A stretch of 64,000 nt of DNA from Dictyostelium discoideum (taxonomy: Eukaryota). Each line of letters opens with the position of its first letter. Within the stretch, counting starts at the first letter, position 1. This document shows positions 55,882 to 64,000 of the stretch, one piece after another. The translations under genes were made by a program, and so were the position numbers. The stretch spans positions 896,001 through 960,000 of the forward strand of contig CM000153.2 of NCBI GenBank assembly GCA_000004695.1. Reading direction: 5' to 3'. Below the pieces are notes generated by a model that was given only the letters and a program-made list of their open reading frames with translations, did not search any database and had not been told where the DNA came from.

Positions 55882-56310
55882 CCCTCTTTAATTTTTTTTT
55901 TTCTTTTATTGTCAACCATGATCTGTGATCTTTGTGATCGATTTTAATTTTTTTTTTTTTTTTTTTTTTTTACAAAAAAAATATATAAATAAATTTTATG
56001 AAAATAAAAAAAAAAAAACTTTACCTTGTAAATATGGGATTAATTCTGTACGGGTACGTTCTGGTCCTAATGCTTTTGCAATTGATTGAAGTTTTTTTAT
56101 TGAATTAAGTCTAAGTTGTATATCCTCATTTTTTAATTCATCAATTAAAATAACAATTGGATGATAATCATCCGATTCTGTATTTATAGATGCTATTTAT
56201 AAATTTATATTATTTAAATTAGTCTAAAATTCATTAGGTTCCCTAATCAACCAATTTATTTTTCTTTTTTAATAAAAAAAAAAAAAAATGTCTTATTTGA
56301 ACTTACCCAT
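53430..56310 (-). CDS. pppA: Protein phosphatase 2A scaffold (A/PR65) subunit, 584 aa, 8 exons: 56307..56310, 56025..56192, 55466..55620, 55123..55304, 54951..55017, 54590..54826, 54003..54485, 53430..53888
   Basis: Exon 1 is the 4-nt micro-exon ATGG|GTAAGT. The spliced protein [36 protein letters not shown]...[14 protein letters not shown]...[13 protein letters not shown]...[13 protein letters not shown]...[20 protein letters not shown]...[16 protein letters not shown]...[35 protein letters not shown]...NIRFNVAK is collinear with human PR65-alpha over its full length. All intron phases are consistent and the CDS total is 1755 nt. The gene symbol is given from memory of Dictyostelium nomenclature and is the least certain part. 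Confidence 0.8.
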
Positions 56311-56391
56311 TTTTTATATATATAAAAAAATAAATAAACTGAAAAAAAAAAATAATAAAAAAAAAAAAAAAAAAAAAAAAATTGAAAAAAA

Positions 56392-56428
<37 letters not shown>

Positions 56429-56860
56429 CCACTTTTTTTTTTTTTTTTTTTTTTTCCAATTTTAAAAAAAAAATATCATTGGGGTTTTTTTTTTTTTTTT
56501 TTTTATTTTTTAAAAGGGGTTTTTGGCCAAAAAAAAAAAAAAAAAAAAAAAAAAGGTTGTTTTTTTTTTTTTAAAAAAAAAATTTTTAATTTTTTTTAAA
56601 AAAAAAAAAAAGGGCCAAAAAAAAAATTTTTTTTAAAAAAAAAAACCTTTCCTGGAAATAAATTTCCAAAGTTTTTTCCTTTGGACCCCCATTTTTTTTT
56701 TTTTTTTTTTCCATTTTGTGATTCCAAAAAAAAATTTTAACCATTTTTCCACTTATATAGGTTATGGTCGGTTTTTTTTTTTTTTGGGGTTTTTTAAAAA
56801 AAAAAAAAAAAAATTTTTTTTTTGGACTCCCATTTGTGGTGAAAAAAAAAAAAAAATAAA

Positions 56861-56896
<36 letters not shown>

Positions 56897-56922
56897 AAAA
56901 ATAAAAAAAAAAAAAGTTTTTG

Positions 56923-56958
<36 letters not shown>

Positions 56959-57001
56959 ATTTCGTCGTAGTCATATTAAAAACTCTATACACACATATAA
57001 A

Positions 57002-57178
57002 ATGTCAAACGCCCTCACCAACATTTTCTATAAATATGTTGCAAGAAGAAACTCCACTTGGATGGCTGGTGCCATTCTTGGTGCTTTCGTTTTAGATTCA
57101 ACTGTTAGCGGTGCTGTTAACACTTTTTTCGATTCAGTAAACAAAGGTGTAAGTAATAATTTGAAAATACAATAATAC

Positions 57179-57227
<49 letters not shown>

Positions 57228-57325
57228 CAATTTTTACTAATCTAATTTATTTTATTTTTTAAAAAAAAAAGAAATTATGGAAAGACGTTTATGCTGAAAG
57301 AGTCAAGAAAGGAATTTCACAATAA
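57002..57325 (+). CDS. Ubiquinol-cytochrome c reductase complex about 7 kDa subunit (QCR9/UQCR10 family), 66 aa; exons 57002..57148 and 57272..57325
   Basis: MSNALTNIFYKYVARRNSTWMAGAILGAFVLDSTVSGAVNTFFDSVNKG|KLWKDVYAERVKKGISQ*. The NKGKLWKDV motif and single TM helix match yeast Qcr9. The intron is GGT|GTAAGT...AAAAAG, phase 0. Confidence 0.65.
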
Positions 57326-57711
57326 ATCTACAAAAAATTCAAGTAATATAATATATACACAAATGGATAAAATTTTTTTGAAAATTTAAAACATAATTAC
57401 AAATCTAAGCATATTTCGATTGCAAATAAAATTAAAAAGACAACTAAAAAAAAAAAAAATAAGAAAATAAAAATAATATTATGTAAAAAAAAAAATTACC
57501 CATATTTATATATCATTTAAAGTTTTATTTTTATTATATATAACACATAAAGTAAAAAAAAAATATATATTATTTGACACCAATTAAGGAAAAAGTTTAT
57601 TTTTAGAAAAAAAAAAAAACAATAGTAGCACTAACTATTGAATTGTTTATTAAGATTTTTTTTTTTTTTTTTTTTTATACTTGAAGTTTATAAATGTTTT
57701 TTTAATTTGGT

Positions 57712-58208
57712 TTAACGATTGAAAGAAAATCGAAGACCTTGTTGAGGTTTACAAATATTTCCTCCATTCCCACATGTGAATTGATAAGGACAACAGTGTT
57801 GCTTATCACTGCAACATTGTGCTAATAACAAAATTGATTTGGTTAGTTTTATAAAAAAACAAAAACTCATTCAATTATAAAAAAAAAAAGAAAAAAAAAA
57901 TATAAATATATATATAACTGATTACCATTTGGAGTTGGACAACATGCATAAGAACCATCACTGGCTGAACAACATGTATTTGAATTTGGACATAAACTTC
58001 CATCAGGACATTTTACTGATCCAAAATCTTGAGTTTCAGTTAACTCTAAACTTTTTTTGGTTTTGTGTTTATTTTCAATATTGTTATTATTATTATTATT
58101 ATTTTTTATTTTAAGATTTTTTAATGAAACACTCTCAACTGTTGATGAAAACAATGCCATTAAAATTAATGAAATAATTCCAAATATAAATATTTTTGAA
58201 TAATTCAT
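57712..58208 (-). CDS. grn: Granulin-domain secreted protein (signal peptide + single 12-Cys granulin module), 130 aa; exons 57926..58208 and 57712..57821
   Basis: Signal peptide MNYSKIFIFGIISLILMALFSS. The granulin Cys pattern CPDGSLCPNSNTCCSASDGSYACCPTPNA|QCCSDKQHCCPYQFTCGNGGNICKP spans the intron AATG|GTAATC...TTATTAG (phase 1). Confidence 0.7.
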
Positions 58209-58401
58209 TCTTTTTTTTTTTTTTTATTGTTTTTTTTTTTTTGATTGTTTTTGATTTTTTTTTTTTTATTGGTTGCGGTTTGAAAAAAAAAAAAAAAAAA
58301 AGAAAAAAATAAAAAAAATGAAAAAATTGAAATTTAATAAAAAATCTAAATTGGATTTTTGTACAAGGATAAAAAAAGAAATAAAAAAACAAACAATATT
58401 A

Positions 58402-58439
<38 letters not shown>

Positions 58440-58932
58440 ATTTATTTCAATCTTTCAATTTTATTTGTTTTTTATTATTTTTTTTTTATTTTTATAAAAA
58501 ATAAAAAAAAAAAAAAAAAAATAAAAAATAATCAAAAACAAATAAAAAATCAATTTTTTTGAGTATACACAAAAAAAAAAAAATAATAGTTTCACACCTT
58601 TTTTTTTTTTTTTTTTTTTTTTTAATTTTATTTTAACTCGGAAATAAATTCGGTGAATGGTAATTAATTACCATGGTTTGTGTATATCTTATTCCAGAAT
58701 AGATTTCTAGCAAAAATATTCCCGAATTTTAAATTTGATCTTCACCATCTTTCATTATTTTTCATTTTTATTTTTTTTTTTATTAAATTTAATTTTTTTT
58801 TTTTTATTTTTTTTTTCATTAATTATTTTTTTTTTTTTTTTAAATTTTATTTTTTTATATATTTCACACACCAACATATATAAATATTATATATATTCAA
58901 ATAATTATATTTATATATAAATAATTAATTAA

Positions 58933-60651
<1,719 letters not shown>

Positions 60652-60789
60652 AAAATAAAATAAAATAAAAAAAAATAAACTAAAATAAATTAATTAATAA
60701 AATTAATTAATTAATTAAATAAATTAAAGTAATTATTAAATTTATTTATTATTTATTTTTTTCTTTTTCTTTTCTTTTTTATTTTGCCA

Positions 60790-60983
60790 GATCCCATATA
60801 AAGATTTTAAAAAAAAAAAAGACAGTTGACGGTAGTTTTTCTTATGAAATGACTGTAGGGTTTGCTGTAAGGTCAACTTAATTATGTGTTAACTTAAATG
60901 TTTTACACATTTGAAAAAAGATTAAAAAAATTAATTAATTAAGAAGTTTTGAATAAAAAAATAATTTTGTGGGATAGTTTTGA

Positions 60984-61018
<35 letters not shown>

Positions 61019-61882
61019 TTTTTTATTTTATAATTAAATTTTTCAAGAAATAATTAAGAATTTTTATTTATTTATTTATTTATTTATTTTTTTTTTTTTT
61101 AAACCAATTTTTCCCACCATTAATTACAAATTTATCAAAAAAATCAGATAGACTTGGAAATATTATTAATTGGAAAAAAAAAAAAGACAGTTGGTGAAGG
61201 ATCTCTTTGGATGCAGAGAGAGAGATAGAAATGCTCTAAGGTCAACTTAATTGTTTTGTTATTCCTTTTCACATAATCAAATAAAATTCAAATTTTGTTT
61301 TTTTTTTTTCAGAATTTATAAACAAAAAAATAATTTGTAGGAGCAACAATAAAACAAAACTTCAATTCTTAAAAAATTACCAAATATTCTATTTTTAAAA
61401 CTTTTTTTTTATTTTTTTTTTTTTCATTTTTTTTTTTTTCAATTACCCATAAAAAGTTTTAATTCACTTAAAATTTGATTAATAAATTAATTTTAAATAT
61501 ATATCAAATGGGCATATCAGGACATCGAGTTTAAAACCTATTCAGACTCCAGAATACAAATTAATTTGAGCGGCAACGTTCATATCAATCTGCACTAAAC
61601 AAATCATTAGAGGAATGATTGCAAAATCAAACCTCTGAAGGTTAAAAAAATGCTGAGAAGTAACAGCATTAAAAAAAACATTTAGACCATAGTTGAGAGT
61701 CTTAAAATCCAACCAGTTAGTAGAGACTAAAAATTTACAAAACCATAAACTCGATCTGATACCTGAAATGCCTTTTTTATTTTTTAAAATCTTAATGGTA
61801 ATGGAAATAGTGTGACATACCTTTTTACAACAACAATATTATATGATCAGAAACCTACTTACAATAAAAGAAATTTAATAAG

Positions 61883-61921
<39 letters not shown>

Positions 61922-62572
61922 ATAATAACCATAAACTATATAAAAATATAAAATAGAACTTTGCAATAAAACAACAATAATTTATCAATTATAGATAGTA
62001 TTTACATCAAATTATTATTACTAATATTTATTTATAAATTTATTATTAATATTTTAATTATATTTTTAATAATATTATTTATTATTTAGTCATTTAATTA
62101 TTAAATCTTATAAAATATTAAAAAAAACTTAAGTTTTATTTTTTATTTTTTATTTTAATATCGATTAATAAACATATAATCGCTCAAGATTTTTAAAATG
62201 AGAGGTAATGATGGTCATCCATAACAAACAATTAAAAAAAAGACAGTTGACGGAAGGTTTTCTTAGAATGAAGGAACTGTAAGATTTGCTGTAAGGTAAA
62301 CTTAAATGTTTTACACATTTAAAAAAGATAAATAAAATTAATTATTTAAGAAATTTTAAATAAAAAATAATTTTGTGGGATAGTGCCAACCAATAAAAAA
62401 AAAAAAAAAAAAAAAAAAACTCCATTCTCATTGTTTTATCAAAAAAATAATTAGGAATTTTTTTTTTTTTTTTTAATGATCTAGAAACTTATTTTTTTCA
62501 TCAATAATTACAATTTTACCTTTAATAAATTGGAAAATTAGATGATGGACTGGAGATATTATAAATAGAATA

Positions 62573-62603
<31 letters not shown>

Positions 62604-63188
62604 GTTCTGACAAATGATTTGATACCTGAAATGTCTTTTTTTATAATGACAAAAGAAATGGCATTTGTATTGGTAATGGTATTGGTAATGGTGTGACATT
62701 CATAATAAATATTAAAAAAATGACTTCAGAAACTTGCCAACTCTTTTTAATTATTTCCCAAAAATTATGAAAATTAAAATTTATAAACAAACTATTATAG
62801 TTTTTTTGCCTTAATGTCCAACCTCTGATTAATCAATAAAAAAAAAATAGAAACTTAGTTCCAATATAAGAAGTTTGAGGAGTGAAAAAAAATACATTTT
62901 GTTTTATTGTTTTTTTTTTTTTTTTTCAGAAATAAAAATTATTAATATTTCAGACCTGAAATATTAATATTTCAGACCTGACCATTCTTATATTGGATGG
63001 TTTCTTAGATTTTTAATTTTTTAAAGAATAAATAATTAATTTTTTTTTGATAAAATACACCACCTAGGCTTTTTAATGATATAAAAAGACAGTTGATGAA
63101 GGTTTCTTTGAATGTAAGGAAATTTTAGATTTGCTGTAAGGTCAACTTTAATGTTTTTCACATTTTCTTAAAATGGTTTAAACATACA

Positions 63189-63247
<59 letters not shown>

Positions 63248-64000
63248 ATAATAACCATAAACTATATAAAAATAATAGAACTTTGCGATAAAACAACAAT
63301 AATTTATCAATTATAGATAGTATTTACATCAAATTATTATTACTAATATTTTTTTATAAATTTATTATTAATATTTTAATTATATATTTATTTAAAAAAA
63401 TTAAAAAAATTATTTATTATTTAATCATTTAATTTTTTTAAATCTTATAAAATATTTAAAAAAAACTTGAGTTTTATTTTTAATTTTATATTTTTTTTAA
63501 TATCGGTTAATAAACATATTATGGCTCAAGATTTTAAAAATGAGAGGTAATGATGGTCATCCATAACAAACAATTAAAAAAAAAGACAGTTGACGGAAGG
63601 TTTTCTTAGAATGAAGGAACTGTAAGATTTGCTGTAGGGTCAACTTATTTATGTGTTAACTTAAATGTTTTACACATTTAAAAAAAGATAAATAAAATTA
63701 ATTATATAAGAAATTTAAAATAAAAAATAATTTTGTGGGATAGTTTCAACCAATAATAAAAAAAAAAATAACTCTTTTTTTTATATTCTTATTATATTAT
63801 CAAAAAAATTTGGAATTTTTTTTTTTTATTTTTTTTTTTAATTCCTAAAAACTTATTTTTTCGTCAATAATTACAATTTTTCTTTACTAAATTGGAAAAT
63901 TAAATGGTAGAGATATTATAAGTAGAAAAAAAAAAAAAAAAAGATAGCCAACAAAGCATTTAATACCTGAAATGTCTTTTTTTATAATGACAAAGGAAAT
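60790..64000. repeat. Complex repeat cluster: about 1.3 kb tandem unit (61910-63240 versus 63240-64000+), a copy of family-A repeat (61440-61900), cbp-array-flank-like AT blocks without coding exons (61960-62100, 63290-63430), and five copies of a ~95-nt hairpin unit
   Basis: The unit AAAGACAGTTGACGG(A/T)AGGTTTTCTTAGAATGAAGGAACTGTAAGATTTGCTGTAAGGTCAACTTAA...GTTTTACACATTT occurs at about 60818, 61185, 62239, 63087 and 63586. Three of these carry the extension ...AATAATTTTGTGGGATAGT. GATACCTGAAATG(T/C)CTTTTTT...AATGGTAATGG recurs at 61772, 62622 and 63966, and also at 1396. Confidence 0.55.

Overview
The window is extremely AT-rich (about 75-80% A+T) eukaryotic nuclear DNA. It has long poly(A)/poly(T) tracts and AAT/CAA triplet runs encoding poly-Asn/Gln. 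Introns are short (about 90-160 nt) and AT-rich, with GTAAGT...AG boundaries. The gene content (EB1, PP2A scaffold, DDX3, cAMP-receptor-like GPCR, granulin) indicates a Dictyostelium-type social amoeba chromosome arm; this assignment is inference from composition and gene content.

There are no prokaryotic-style features: no CRISPR, operons, rRNA or convincing tRNA.

The window divides into three parts.

1. 1-12 kb is a repeat-rich accessory region. It carries a tandem array of four paralogous 4-exon EF-hand calcium-binding-protein (cbp-like) genes on the minus strand. These are interleaved with interspersed repeats, MITE-like TIR elements and palindromic elements.

2. 12-60.7 kb is a gene-dense core with well-supported protein genes:
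- FAE1-type 3-ketoacyl-CoA synthase.
- NADPH-dependent FMN reductase.
- EB1.
- An importin-beta-like gene.
- Two tandemly duplicated tyrosinase genes.
- ADP-ribosylglycohydrolase.
- A cAMP-receptor-like GPCR.
- A large SAP-domain Asn-rich protein.
- A beta-helix-like type I membrane protein.
- DDX3-type DEAD-box helicase.
- Cyclophilin-40.
- UFL1 (UFM1 E3 ligase).
- PP2A scaffold A subunit (8 exons).
- QCR9 (complex III 7 kDa subunit).
- A single-domain granulin.
- Glucose-6-phosphate isomerase.

3. 60.7-64 kb is again repeat-rich. It shares a repeat family with the first 2 kb and contains a 5-fold reiterated ~95-nt hairpin unit in an approximately 1.3 kb tandem organisation.

The most unusual structures are:
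- An inverted, internally palindromic partial duplication of the 3' end of the ddx3 gene (exon/intron junction plus last exon).
- A tandem, nearly identical tyrosinase pair.
- A partial tandem duplicate of the Cyp40 TPR tail.
- A degenerate fifth cbp copy 47 kb from the array.
- An apparent 1-nt frame disruption at the start of UFL1 exon 2.
- Start-codon micro-exons (ATGG; ATGGAGGG) in two genes.

Note on the ORF track: it labels alternative start codons (ATT, GTG) as M, so several 'M' starts are not ATG. All start codons called below were checked in the sequence.
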